This document shows positions 9,657 to 19,583 of a stretch of 64,000 nucleotides of DNA, one piece after another. The notes beneath the pieces are model-generated. The model was not told the DNA's origin, made no database searches, and worked only from the letters and a program-made list of their open reading frames with translations. This DNA comes from Flavobacteriaceae bacterium (lineage in GTDB: Bacteria > Bacteroidota > Bacteroidia > Flavobacteriales > Flavobacteriaceae). Within the stretch, counting starts at the first letter, position 1, and every line of letters starts with the position of its first letter. The stretch lies in NCBI GenBank assembly GCA_018657955.1, contig JABHWD010000020.1:130891-194890 (forward strand), in the 5' to 3' direction. The position numbers and the translations under genes were made by a program.

Positions 9657-11336
9657 TTAAAACCCTACCGCAGTGTCATCACCTCTTTTGTCAGCACCTG
9701 CTTCAAGAATTCCATTTGGTTTAACTAAAATTCCATCTACAATTCCAATAGGATCTTTATAGTCTATATTATACCCAAATAATTTTAATTCTTGAATTAA
9801 CTTTGAATTAAATGAATTTTGTTCAATCTTAATTATGTCTGGCATCCATTGATGATGAAATCTTGCAGAGTTAACTGCTCTATTCATACTCATATTAAAT
9901 TCATGAACATTTAAAATTGTTTGAAGAACGGAAGTTATTATCCTGGATCCTCCAGGTGAGCCTAATGTCATAAACAATTTATTTTCCTTTTCAACAATTG
10001 TAGGAGTCATAGAGCTTAACATTCTTTTTTGAGGTTCTATCTTATTAGCACTTCCGCCAATTAATCCAAACATATTTGGAGAACCAGGCTTTGAGCTAAA
10101 ATCATCCATTTCATTATTAAGAAAGAACCCTAGTTCAGAACAATATAATTGAGAACCGTAACTTCCATTTAATGTTGTTGTTACAGCTATGGCATTACCA
10201 AATTGATCAACAATTGAATAATGAGTTGTTTCGTCACTTTCTAATATTTCTACATTTCCGTATGATATCTCATTAGATGGGGTAGGTGAGTCAAAAGAAA
10301 AATTACTCATTCTTTCCAGAAGATATTCTTTTCCAACTAACTGTTCTTTAGGAATACTAACAAAATCAGGATCACCTAAATAATAGCTCCGGTCTGCAAA
10401 AGATCTTCTTTCAGCTTCTACGAGAATTTTAATATAGTCTAATGAATTATGAGCTAAATCATTAATATCGTAAGGCTCAATCATTTTCATTATTTGTTCT
10501 AGACAAACACCTCCACTTGATGGTGGAGACATAGATATAACTTTTAGATTATCGTATTCAAATTCAACAGGATCTCTCCAAACAGCCTCATAAAGTTCTA
10601 AATCCTTTAATGATATAATACCATTATTATCTTTGATAAAGTCTACTAATTTTCGCGCAGTCTCGCCTTTATAAAACTCGTCTTTACCTTTTTTCATAAC
10701 ACGATCTAGAGTATTGGCTAAATTTGGAAATCTTAAAGTATCACCAGCATTTATTTCTTCTTGAAAAAGAATTTCCTCTTTATTAACAAGTTTAAAATAT
10801 TTTAGATGACTTTTTATTTTAGCACTCTGCTTTGTAGTAACAACTACTCCTTTATTTGCTAGATCTATTGCAGGTTGAAATATTGTTTCTATTGGAAGTG
10901 ATCCAAATTTTTCATATACTTCAAAAATTCCAGCAATAGTTCCTGGCACACCTATAGCCATCGCTCCAGCTAAACTCAAGCCTTTAATGACATTTCCTTG
11001 TTTATCTAGATACATGTCTTTACTAGCACTCAGTGGAGCTTTTTCTCTATAGTCTAAAGCCCCTGTTTCACCATTTGCTTTTCTATATACCATAAATCCA
11101 CCTCCACCTATATTTCCAGCAGATTGGTGTGATACTGCAAGAGCCAGATCAGTAGCAATCATTGCATCGAATGCATTTCCTCCTTTTTTTAAGATTTCAA
11201 TACCAATTTTACTAGCTTCTTCTCTTGCAGATACAACCATACCGTTTTTAGCAGTCAAACCTTCTTCTACAGGTTTATTTGTACATGAGGAAATTATAAG
11301 CAAAAAAGTTAAAGAAAATACTAAATTTCTTTTCAT
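9657..11336 (-). CDS. ggt: Gamma-glutamyltransferase (lipoprotein signal)
   Basis: 559 aa with lipobox IISSC. The autoprocessing site is ESDETTHYSIVD, and GSPGGSRII is near the C-terminus. Confidence 0.9.
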   Translation of the reverse strand: MKRNLVFSLTFLLIISSCTNKPVEEGLTAKNGMVVSAREEASKIGIEILKKGGNAFDAMIATDLALAVSHQSAGNIGGGGFMVYRKANGETGALDYREKAPLSASKDMYLDKQGNVIKGLSLAGAMAIGVPGTIAGIFEVYEKFGSLPIETIFQPAIDLANKGVVVTTKQSAKIKSHLKYFKLVNKEEILFQEEINAGDTLRFPNLANTLDRVMKKGKDEFYKGETARKLVDFIKDNNGIISLKDLELYEAVWRDPVEFEYDNLKVISMSPPSSGGVCLEQIMKMIEPYDINDLAHNSLDYIKILVEAERRSFADRSYYLGDPDFVSIPKEQLVGKEYLLERMSNFSFDSPTPSNEISYGNVEILESDETTHYSIVDQFGNAIAVTTTLNGSYGSQLYCSELGFFLNNEMDDFSSKPGSPNMFGLIGGSANKIEPQKRMLSSMTPTIVEKENKLFMTLGSPGGSRIITSVLQTILNVHEFNMSMNRAVNSARFHHQWMPDIIKIEQNSFNSKLIQELKLFGYNIDYKDPIGIVDGILVKPNGILEAGADKRGDDTAVGF

Positions 11337-11427
11337 AAATAACAGTGTGTTAAATTATTTCTAAATTACAAATTCAAATTTAGTTTAACATAGCTTAAAT
11401 AGTATATTTACATTAAATAATCAATGG

Positions 11428-12810
11428 ATGCCGTTAATCAAATCAATTTCAGGAATAAGGGGAACAATAGGTGAAAGAGTTGGGGAAGATTTAACTCCTC
11501 AAGACATTGTGCTTTACACAACTTCTTATGCATTGTGGGTAAAAAATAATTCTAATAAGGAGAATAATAAAATTGTTGTAGGTAGAGATGCAAGAATATC
11601 TGGAGAAATGGTTCAAGGCTTCGTTATAAATACGCTTATTTCTATGGGTTTTGATGTTGTTAGTTTAAATCTTTCAACAACTCCTACTGTAGAAATAGCC
11701 GTCCCTATTGAAAAGGCAGATGGCGGTATAATAATAACAGCAAGTCATAACCCTATGAATTGGAATGCTTTAAAATTATTAAACTCAAAAGGAGAGTTTC
11801 TTAGCTCATCTGATGGGGAAGAAGTTTTAAAAATAGCAGAAACTTATGATAATAAGTTAAACAAAACAGAAAAAATAGGGAAATTAGTCGAGAAGGATAA
11901 TTATATAGATATCCATATTGACAATATTCTAAAACTTAATTTAGTTGATATAAAATCAATAAAGAAAAAAAATTATAAAATTGTTGTTGATGCTGTTAAT
12001 TCAACAGGAGGAATAGCTGTTCCAAAATTATTAAAAAAATTAGGCGTAGATGTAGTAAAGTTATACTGTGATCCTACAGGAGAATTCCCTCATAATCCAG
12101 AGCCATTAAAGGAGAATATATATGATCTTTCTAACCTAGTTATAAAAGAAGGTGCTGATCTTGGAATTGTTGTTGATCCAGATGTTGATCGTTTAGCTTT
12201 TGTTTGTGAGAATGGTGATGTTTTTGGCGAAGAATATACTCTTGTTGCATGTTCTGATTATGTACTAAGTCTACAGCCAGGCTCTACAGTTAGTAATCTT
12301 AGCTCAACAAGGGCATTAAAAGACATATCAAACAAATATAATTGTGAATATAATTCTAGCGCAGTGGGTGAGGTTAATGTTGTTGAGATGATGAAAAAAA
12401 CTAATGCAATAATTGGAGGCGAGGGTAATGGAGGAATAATACTTCCGCAACTGCATTATGGAAGAGATGCTTTGCTTGGAATTGCTCTATTCTTAAGCCA
12501 TTTATCAAATAGTGGGTTGAAATGTTCAGACCTTAGAAAAATATACCCAAATTATTTCATGAGTAAAAAGAAGATAGAAATAGATATAAATTTTAAATAC
12601 AATAAAATGATAAGCTATTTTAAAACAAAGTATTCTGCAGAAAAAATAAATCTAATTGACGGTTTGAAAATTGACTTTTCAGATTCTTGGGTTCAGTTAA
12701 GAAAAAGTAATACAGAACCTATTATAAGGATATACTCAGAGGCTAAAACTCAAGATTTAGCTGATAATATTGCCAATAAACTTATTAATGAGATAGAAGC
12801 AATTACTTAG
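11428..12810 (+). CDS. glmM: Phosphoglucosamine mutase / phosphohexomutase
   Basis: Active-site TASHNP, metal site DPDVDRL, sugar loop GEGNGG. 460 aa. Confidence 0.85.
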   Translation: MPLIKSISGIRGTIGERVGEDLTPQDIVLYTTSYALWVKNNSNKENNKIVVGRDARISGEMVQGFVINTLISMGFDVVSLNLSTTPTVEIAVPIEKADGGIIITASHNPMNWNALKLLNSKGEFLSSSDGEEVLKIAETYDNKLNKTEKIGKLVEKDNYIDIHIDNILKLNLVDIKSIKKKNYKIVVDAVNSTGGIAVPKLLKKLGVDVVKLYCDPTGEFPHNPEPLKENIYDLSNLVIKEGADLGIVVDPDVDRLAFVCENGDVFGEEYTLVACSDYVLSLQPGSTVSNLSSTRALKDISNKYNCEYNSSAVGEVNVVEMMKKTNAIIGGEGNGGIILPQLHYGRDALLGIALFLSHLSNSGLKCSDLRKIYPNYFMSKKKIEIDINFKYNKMISYFKTKYSAEKINLIDGLKIDFSDSWVQLRKSNTEPIIRIYSEAKTQDLADNIANKLINEIEAIT

Positions 12811-13698
12811 CTATTTAGGCGGAGATACCTTATCTCTATGTTTCCACCTTCTGTGAGACCATAAATATAGCGTAGGTTCATCGTAGATTTGATTCTCAAC
12901 TAATTTCATAAACTTGTCGGTTATCTCGTAATCTTTATAGTCTATTGGGTTTGTTGTTATTTTTTCGAATGTAGTTTCATAATACCCCCTCTTTAATTTC
13001 TTTATTCTCATAAATACTAAGGCTAAATTATGCTGTTTTGCAAGCATTTCTGCTCCAGTATGAATAGGAACCCATATATTCATAAAATAGTTCCAATGAA
13101 CTGCTTTTTTTAACCTCGGGGTCTGATCAGAAGCAAATCCATATAGATCTAATGAATTATTTTTACTGTTTTCTGCAATTATTTTTCTTGTTTCTTTTGT
13201 ATGAATTAATATACCATTGTATTTGCTTCGAATTTTTTTCATTAATCTATCAAAGTATTTATTTGATAATCTTTTATAGATAGCATTAACATTAGATTTT
13301 ATATATCTATCAATTATGAATATCCATTCAAAACCATTAAAATGTCCACACATTAGAATTATACTTTGATTTTTCTTTTCAATTTCATGAATTACCTCAA
13401 TATTTTTAAATCTAAATCTTGATTTCATCTCATCCTCTGACATATTAAGAGATTTTATGGATTCAATAAAAGTGTCAATGTAATTTCTGCAGGATGCTTT
13501 ACAAATTCTAGTTATCTCTTTTTCAGTTTTTTCTGGAAAAACCATTTTTAGATTATTATAAACAGTTTTCCTTCTATATCGAACTACATAATAAGTTAAA
13601 TAAAATAATAAATCAGAAAGGATATATAATAATCTAAAGTTTAACTTAGATATTACCCATATTATTGGGTAAAACAACATAAAAGCGAGTAGTTGCAT
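12811..13698 (-). CDS. Lipid A biosynthesis (Kdo)2-lipid IVA acyltransferase family protein (LpxL/HtrB-like)
   Basis: 295 aa with an N-terminal membrane anchor. It has the H-x4-E acyltransferase motif CGHFNGFEW and the typical length. Confidence 0.75.
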   Translation of the reverse strand: MQLLAFMLFYPIIWVISKLNFRLLYILSDLLFYLTYYVVRYRRKTVYNNLKMVFPEKTEKEITRICKASCRNYIDTFIESIKSLNMSEDEMKSRFRFKNIEVIHEIEKKNQSIILMCGHFNGFEWIFIIDRYIKSNVNAIYKRLSNKYFDRLMKKIRSKYNGILIHTKETRKIIAENSKNNSLDLYGFASDQTPRLKKAVHWNYFMNIWVPIHTGAEMLAKQHNLALVFMRIKKLKRGYYETTFEKITTNPIDYKDYEITDKFMKLVENQIYDEPTLYLWSHRRWKHRDKVSPPK

Positions 13699-13717
13699 AA
13701 CTCAAATAATTATGAGG

Positions 13718-13736
13718 CAAATATATGTTATATTTG
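13718..13736. promoter_or_regulatory. Palindromic pair of Bacteroidota -7 boxes (TAtaTTTG on both strands) in a divergent intergenic region
   Basis: caaatata (13718-13725) tgt tatatttg (13729-13736). Each strand reads TATATTTG, which matches the TAnnTTTG consensus. The boxes lie 20-27 nt upstream of the minus-strand ATG (13698) and 40 nt upstream of the plus-strand TTG (13776). Confidence 0.4.
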
Positions 13737-13775
13737 GTTTGAATAATTAATATTAACCAATATTTAAGTTAAAAC

Positions 13776-14393
13776 TTGACAAGTTTTCTAATAATACTAG
13801 CGAATATAATCTTCTCATATAGAGGATTCAAAAACAGGCGTTTTTTTGATAAATATAAGTTTAACCCTATTGCTGTTAAAAATGGAGAGATTATTAGATA
13901 TATTTCTTCAGGGTTTCTTCATGTCAACCAAGGTCATTTGTTTGTAAATATGCTGACCTTTTTTTTCTTTTCTGGATCAGTAGTTAGATCAGTAGGAGAA
14001 ATGGGCTTTCTAATAATTTATATTGCTAGTCTATATGTTGGAAATTTAGTAACCTACAGGGTTAATAAAAACAAGACTAATTATAATGCGGTAGGGGCAA
14101 GTGGAGCTGTAATGGGGATAGTGTATTCTTCAATCCTATTAGATCCTAAAATGACGTTATATTTTATTATTATACCCATGCCTGCATATGTCTTTGGTCT
14201 ATTGTATCTATGGTATTCTATTTATTCAATGAAGAATGTTAGAGATAACATAGGCCATGAAGCTCATCTAGGAGGGGCAATTGCAGGATTTTTTATAACT
14301 ATATTTTTAAAACCAGAGATAATTGCAAATAATCTTTCAATAGTATTAATTCTTTTGATTCCAATAATCTATTTCTATCTAAAGAATAGATAA
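13776..14393 (+). CDS. Rhomboid family intramembrane serine protease
   Basis: Multi-TM protein with the catalytic GASGAVMG (GxSG) and HLGGAIAG motifs. The apparent start is TTG; the next Met codon is about 60 codons downstream. Confidence 0.8.
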   Translation: MTSFLIILANIIFSYRGFKNRRFFDKYKFNPIAVKNGEIIRYISSGFLHVNQGHLFVNMLTFFFFSGSVVRSVGEMGFLIIYIASLYVGNLVTYRVNKNKTNYNAVGASGAVMGIVYSSILLDPKMTLYFIIIPMPAYVFGLLYLWYSIYSMKNVRDNIGHEAHLGGAIAGFFITIFLKPEIIANNLSIVLILLIPIIYFYLKNR

Positions 14394-14420
14394 TATAAAA
14401 CACTATTTTTGAAATAATTT

Positions 14421-15809
14421 ATGATAGACAAGGATAATATAATTGCATTAGCCACTCCTGCTGGTTCAGGCGCAATTTCTATTATTAGAATTTCAGGATC
14501 AAAATCTATAGAAATAACGGATTCATTATTTAAATCAAAAAACGGATCAAAGCTTATAGATAAAAATTCTCATACAATTACTTTAGGACAAATTACTGAT
14601 GGAAATCGAATTATTGACCAAGTGTTAATATCACTATTTATTGCACCCAAATCATATACTAGTGAAAATGTAGTAGAAATATCATGTCATGGTAGTAGTT
14701 ATGTACAAAATGAAATAATAAAATTATTTATTGATAATGGATGCAGAGCTGCTAAAGCAGGGGAATTCACCTTAAGAGCTTTTTTAAATGGAAAAATTGA
14801 TTTAAGCCAAGCTGAGGCAGTAGCTGATTTAATTTCAAGTAAGAGTTCAGCTTCTCACAAGATAGCCTTAGATCAAATGAGAGGTGGCTTTAAAAGCGAT
14901 ATTAAGGGACTTAGACAACAGCTTTTAGATTTTGCTTCTTTAATTGAGTTAGAGCTAGATTTCTCAGAAGAGGATGTAGGATTTGCAAATCTTAATGAAT
15001 TAAAGAAATTAATTCATAAAATAAAAAAAACAATATCAGTTTTGATTGATTCATTTGCAGCAGGAAATGTCATAAAAAACGGCATACCTATAGTTATTGT
15101 AGGGGAGCCAAATACAGGAAAATCTACACTGTTAAATGCAATACTTAATGATGAAAGGGCAATTGTAAGTGATATCCCAGGAACAACTAGAGATACAGTA
15201 GAAGATGAAATCATATTAAACGGTATTAATTATAGATTTATTGATACTGCAGGAATAAGAGCTACAAAAGATAAAATTGAAAGTGTTGGGATAAAAAAGA
15301 CTTTCGAGAAGGTTAAGAGTTCCAGTATTGTCCTATATATGTTAGACTCCTCTGTTACTGATAGTAATAAAATCAATGATTCTAAACAAATTATAAATAA
15401 AATAATAAAAGATTTTCCAGATAAAAATTTAATTATTGTTGCCAATAAGATTGATATTGGCGATAGTAAATTAATTGAATCACATTTTAAGGAGTTTAAA
15501 CATATTTGTGTAAGTGCAAAACATAGCACTAACATAGATGAATTAAAACAACAGATTTCATCATGTATTGATCTAAATGAAATCAATACAAATTCTTCAG
15601 TAGTAACAAATTCAAGACATTATGATTTGTTATGCAAGTCATCTGTTGAAATTGAGAATGTTTTAAAAGGAATTGATGATAAAATTTCAGGAGACTTATT
15701 AGCTATAGATATACGTCAAGCACTTCAATATCTTGGAGAACTTACAGGTGAGGTTACTAATGATGAGGTTCTTGGCAATATATTTTCTAAATTCTGTATT
15801 GGAAAATAA
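14421..15809 (+). CDS. mnmE: tRNA uridine-5-carboxymethylaminomethyl modification GTPase
   Basis: 462 aa. G-domain GEPNTGKSTLLN, DTAGIR, NKID, and the characteristic C-terminal FCIGK. Confidence 0.95.
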   Translation: MIDKDNIIALATPAGSGAISIIRISGSKSIEITDSLFKSKNGSKLIDKNSHTITLGQITDGNRIIDQVLISLFIAPKSYTSENVVEISCHGSSYVQNEIIKLFIDNGCRAAKAGEFTLRAFLNGKIDLSQAEAVADLISSKSSASHKIALDQMRGGFKSDIKGLRQQLLDFASLIELELDFSEEDVGFANLNELKKLIHKIKKTISVLIDSFAAGNVIKNGIPIVIVGEPNTGKSTLLNAILNDERAIVSDIPGTTRDTVEDEIILNGINYRFIDTAGIRATKDKIESVGIKKTFEKVKSSSIVLYMLDSSVTDSNKINDSKQIINKIIKDFPDKNLIIVANKIDIGDSKLIESHFKEFKHICVSAKHSTNIDELKQQISSCIDLNEINTNSSVVTNSRHYDLLCKSSVEIENVLKGIDDKISGDLLAIDIRQALQYLGELTGEVTNDEVLGNIFSKFCIGK

Positions 15810-15816
15810 TCCAGAC

Positions 15817-15841
15817 AAAACCCTTGATATTTTAAGGTTTT
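15817..15841 (+). terminator. Weak candidate terminator after mnmE
   Basis: aaaaccctt (15817-15825) and aaggtttt (15834-15841) form a short imperfect hairpin (one bulged C) followed by T residues. Confidence 0.35.
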
Positions 15842-15932
15842 TTATATCATATTTTGGCATGAGATTTGTAATACAATAAATAGATTCTTATACATTACGT
15901 GAGGATTATTAATTTTAAAAAAGTGGAACACT

Positions 15933-16469
15933 ATGAAGTATTTAATTCTGTTTATATCATTATTAATTATGAGCAATGATTATGAAACTCAAAAGTATAA
16001 AGTAATATTTCAAGAAGATAATTTTGAAATAAGATATTACGAACCAGCTATTAAAGCAAAGGTCTCTTCAGAAAATGGTTCAAATAAGAATTTTATGAAA
16101 TTATTTAGATATATAAGTGGAAACAATAGTAAAAATGAAAAAATATCTATGACAACTCCAGTATATGTTAGTAATGAAAATTCTATAGAATTTGTTATGC
16201 CTGCTAAATTTAATATAGAAAATATATCGAAACCTAATGATGAGAATATAAAAATTTAGCAATCAAAGGCCGGATATTATGCATCTCTTAGATTTGGGGG
16301 GTATGGAAATCAAAATAAAATAAAAAACTATTCAACTATATTATTTGAAAAATTAAAAAGCTTAAATATCAAGTATATTAATAATCCATACTTTGTTTCT
16401 TATAATAGTCCTTATAAAATATTCAATAGAAGGAATGAGGTAATGATAAAAATTGAATACAAAAAATAA
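15933..16469 (+). pseudogene. SOUL heme-binding family protein interrupted by one in-frame TAG (16257-16259)
   Basis: The 108-aa ORF (15933..16259) stops at TAG. The same frame then continues for 69 codons (QSKAGYYASLRFGGYGNQNKIKNYSTILFEKLKSLNIKYINNPYFVSYNSPYKIFNRRNEVMIKIEYKK) to TAA at 16467-16469. Together the two parts give a full-length SOUL/HBP-like protein, with ...TPVY... in the first part and RFGG ... YNSP ... NRRNE in the second. Confidence 0.6.
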
Positions 16470-16489
16470 TTTTCAAATTTAAAATTATT

Positions 16490-16497
16490 TACATTTG
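16490..16497 (+). promoter_or_regulatory. Candidate -7 promoter box (TAcaTTTG) for the ABC-F gene
   Basis: tacatttg lies 17 nt upstream of the ATG at 16514 and matches the Bacteroidota TAnnTTTG consensus. Confidence 0.4.
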
Positions 16498-16513
16498 CCA
16501 GAAATTTTAGTTA

Positions 16514-18397
16514 ATGCTAAACATACATAATCTTTCTGTTTCTTTTTCGGGTGAATATTTGTTTAAAGAAATTTCATTTAAATTAATTTCAGGTGATAGG
16601 GTAGGTCTTATCGGTAAAAATGGTGCTGGTAAATCAACTTTATTAAAGCTTTTATCAAAAGAAACCGAAATGGATTCAGGTTCCATTGCGTATGAAAAAG
16701 ATTTAAAAATTGGATTTTTAAGACAAGACATTGATTTTGAAAAAGGAAGAACCGTTTTAGAGGAAGCATACCAGGCTTTTAGTGAAATTAAAAGTCTTGA
16801 AAAAAGACAAAATGAAATTAATACTCAGTTAAGTGAGAGAGTAGATTATGAAAGTGATTCTTATTTAGATCTAATTAATGATTTAAGCAACGTTAATGAT
16901 AGATATGAATTAATAGGAGGATACAATTATCAAGGACACACCGAGAAAATATTACAAGGTCTAGGATTTAACCGAGACGATTTTCAAAAAAATACAGATA
17001 CTTTTTCAGGTGGATGGAGAATGAGAATTGAATTAGCTAAGTTATTGCTTCAAAGTAATGATTTATTATTGTTAGATGAACCTACAAACCACTTAGATAT
17101 AGAATCAATAATATGGCTTGAAAATTTTCTTAAATCATTTTTAGGAGCAGTGGTTATAGTTTCTCACGATAAAATGTTTTTAAATAACGTAACTAATAGA
17201 ACTATAGATATTTCTCTAGGAAGGATATATGACTTCAATAAGCCATATTCAAAATACTTAGTTTTAAGAGAAGAAATAAAATCTCAACAAATTAGTGCTC
17301 AAAAAAACCAAGAAAAACACATTCAACATACAGAGAAATTGATTCAAAAGTTTAAAGCCAAAGCTTCAAAGGCTTCTATGGCTCAATCACTAATGAAGAA
17401 AATTGAAAAAATTGACAGGATTGAAGTTGATCAAGATGACAATAGTGTCATGAAATTAAACTTCAATATTTCAATAAACCCAGGGAAGGTTGTAACTGAA
17501 ATTGAAAATTTATCAAAGAATTATGGAGATAATAAAGTATTGTCTGATGTAAATTTACTAATTGAAAGAAAAAGTAAAATTGCATTTGTTGGACAAAATG
17601 GTCAAGGTAAATCTACTTTAGCCAAAATTATGGTGGGTGAATTAAAACCATCATCAGGAAATTCTAAATTGGGTCATAATGTTCAAATTGGATATTTTGC
17701 TCAAAATCAAGCTGAATACTTAGATGGTTCTAAAACCGTTTTACAAACAATGATAGATTCTGCAAATGAAACAAACAGATCTAAAGTTAGAGACGTGTTG
17801 GGATCTTTTTTATTTAAAGGAGATGATGTTGAAAAATATGTAAGAGTTCTTTCTGGAGGAGAGAGAAACAGATTGGCTTTAGCTAAACTTCTTTTACAAC
17901 CTTTTAATGTATTAGTTATGGATGAACCAACTAGTCATTTAGATATTAAATCCAAAAGTGTTTTAAAACAAGCTTTAGTTAAGTTTGATGGAACTCTTGT
18001 TTTAGTGTCTCATGATAGAGATTTTCTTCAAAATCTAACTAATAAGGTTTACGAATTTAAAAGTAACAATATAAGAGAATATTTAGGGGATATTGACTTT
18101 TATTTAAATCAAAAAAAAATTGAGGATTTTAGAGAAATTGAAAAGAAGGAAAAGGTAGTAAGTATAAAAAAAGACAAGAATATTGATAATTCAAAAGAAA
18201 GAGAATTAAAAAAAAGAATTAGCAATATTGAAAGTAAAATATCAAGATTAGAAAATGAAATTTCAATTACTGATAAAAATTTGCAAGATGATTATGAGAA
18301 AACTATTTCTAAAGATAGTTTCTTCGCAGTCTATGAAAAGAAAAAATCTGATCTAGATTCTCTAATGAAACAATGGGAAAAATTAAGTTTATCTTAA
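16514..18397 (+). CDS. ABC-F family ATPase (two ABC domains, no TM; translation-factor-like)
   Basis: 627 aa. Walker A GKNGAGKSTL and GQNGQGKSTL, signatures FSGGWRMRIELA and LSGGERNRLALA, and a C-terminal coiled-coil tail. Confidence 0.9.
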   Translation: MLNIHNLSVSFSGEYLFKEISFKLISGDRVGLIGKNGAGKSTLLKLLSKETEMDSGSIAYEKDLKIGFLRQDIDFEKGRTVLEEAYQAFSEIKSLEKRQNEINTQLSERVDYESDSYLDLINDLSNVNDRYELIGGYNYQGHTEKILQGLGFNRDDFQKNTDTFSGGWRMRIELAKLLLQSNDLLLLDEPTNHLDIESIIWLENFLKSFLGAVVIVSHDKMFLNNVTNRTIDISLGRIYDFNKPYSKYLVLREEIKSQQISAQKNQEKHIQHTEKLIQKFKAKASKASMAQSLMKKIEKIDRIEVDQDDNSVMKLNFNISINPGKVVTEIENLSKNYGDNKVLSDVNLLIERKSKIAFVGQNGQGKSTLAKIMVGELKPSSGNSKLGHNVQIGYFAQNQAEYLDGSKTVLQTMIDSANETNRSKVRDVLGSFLFKGDDVEKYVRVLSGGERNRLALAKLLLQPFNVLVMDEPTSHLDIKSKSVLKQALVKFDGTLVLVSHDRDFLQNLTNKVYEFKSNNIREYLGDIDFYLNQKKIEDFREIEKKEKVVSIKKDKNIDNSKERELKKRISNIESKISRLENEISITDKNLQDDYEKTISKDSFFAVYEKKKSDLDSLMKQWEKLSLS

Positions 18398-18399
18398 AA

Positions 18400-18828
18400 C
18401 TATTCAGTTGCTTTTAACCTAATAACTATTGCACCTCCACGAGCTATACCTCCATATGTGTTGGTAGCCGCAAGGGATCTTAATATGGTTATACTTCTAA
18501 TTTGTTGAGGATCAATAAAAGCAGGATAATCAGTATAAAGAAGTCCGTCAACATCATATACTGCATATGCATTATAATTAATTGACAGACTTCCACCTCT
18601 TATTAAAATTTTAGGTGATGTGCTTGTTAAGGTATTTTGGTGAAAGTCTAAGTAATTGGCAATATTATCACCAATTACTTTAACTCCTGGAAACTTACCA
18701 GCAATTACATCAAGTAGCGTTAAAGCTGAAGGAGAAATAACTAATTTTGAAGATGATGATGTAGTTTCGCTAGTTGATGAACAATTAATTAAAACAGAGG
18801 CAAATAATAACATGAAGAGTCTTTTCAT
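18400..18828 (-). CDS. Small lipoprotein resembling only the N-terminal TonB-dependent-receptor plug segment
   Basis: 142 aa with lipobox LINCSS. LLDVIAGKFPGVKV...ILIRGGSLSIN...YDVDGLLY...IDPQQIRSITILRSLAATNTYGGIARGGAIVIRLK follows the SusC/TBDR plug pattern (vPGv ... iRG.sS ... VDG ... I.sI.vLkd..a...YG.ra..GvI.I..K). No beta-barrel follows. Confidence 0.5.
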   Translation of the reverse strand: MKRLFMLLFASVLINCSSTSETTSSSSKLVISPSALTLLDVIAGKFPGVKVIGDNIANYLDFHQNTLTSTSPKILIRGGSLSINYNAYAVYDVDGLLYTDYPAFIDPQQIRSITILRSLAATNTYGGIARGGAIVIRLKATE

Positions 18829-18867
18829 AATACCATTAAGTTAAGAAATTCTATATTCTCTATAAGT

Positions 18868-18925
18868 ATAAAGATATAGAAAACTTTTATTCTAATTTTC
18901 TTGCTCAAATGTTTTCTATATCTTT
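18868..18925. repeat. Perfect 16-bp inverted repeat with 26-nt spacer in a divergent intergenic region
   Basis: tataaagatatagaaaac region: 18868-18883 (taaagatatagaaaac) is the exact reverse complement of 18910-18925 (gttttctatatcttta). Confidence 0.75.
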
Positions 18926-18951
18926 AATATTGTAGAAATAATTTTATTATT

Positions 18952-19542
18952 ATGCCTTTAGTTACACCTTTGCCATCAGATTATGATTCTGAAACTAAAA
19001 AATTAGCTGAGTTCTTTAATGAAACCCTTGGGTTTTGTCCTAATTCTGTGCTTACTATGCAGAGACGCCCTGAGATAAGCAAGGCATTTATTAATTTAAA
19101 TAAGGCTGTTATGTCGAACAAAGGTCGAGTAACATCAGCACTTAAACGAATGATTGCGTGGGTTTCAAGCAATTCTACTGGTTGTAGATATTGTCAAGCA
19201 CATGCTATTAGGGCTGCTGAACGTTATGGTGCAAAGCAAGAACAATTAGATAATATTTGGAATTATAGAACACATGATTCTTTTAATGATGCTGAGCGTG
19301 CTGCACTAAATTTTTCTATAGCTGCTTCACAGGTCCCTAATACTGTAGATAAAATAATAATACAAGAATTACATAAGCATTGGGATGAAGGAGAAATTGT
19401 GGAAATTCTAGGTGTAATCTCTTTGTTTGGATTCTTAAATCGCTGGAATGACTCTATGGGAACTTCAATTGAGAATGGAGCTGTAGAAAGTGCTGAAAAG
19501 TATTTACAGAAAACAGGATGGGTAAGAGGTAAACATCTGTAG
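18952..19542 (+). CDS. Carboxymuconolactone decarboxylase / AhpD-like family protein
   Basis: 196 aa. It has a CxxC-H type motif STGCRYCQAHA in an all-helical context, typical of AhpD-like peroxidase-related proteins. Confidence 0.7.
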   Translation: MPLVTPLPSDYDSETKKLAEFFNETLGFCPNSVLTMQRRPEISKAFINLNKAVMSNKGRVTSALKRMIAWVSSNSTGCRYCQAHAIRAAERYGAKQEQLDNIWNYRTHDSFNDAERAALNFSIAASQVPNTVDKIIIQELHKHWDEGEIVEILGVISLFGFLNRWNDSMGTSIENGAVESAEKYLQKTGWVRGKHL

Positions 19543-19583
19543 AAATATTAATATGAACAACAAAACAACTAAATAAAACAATT

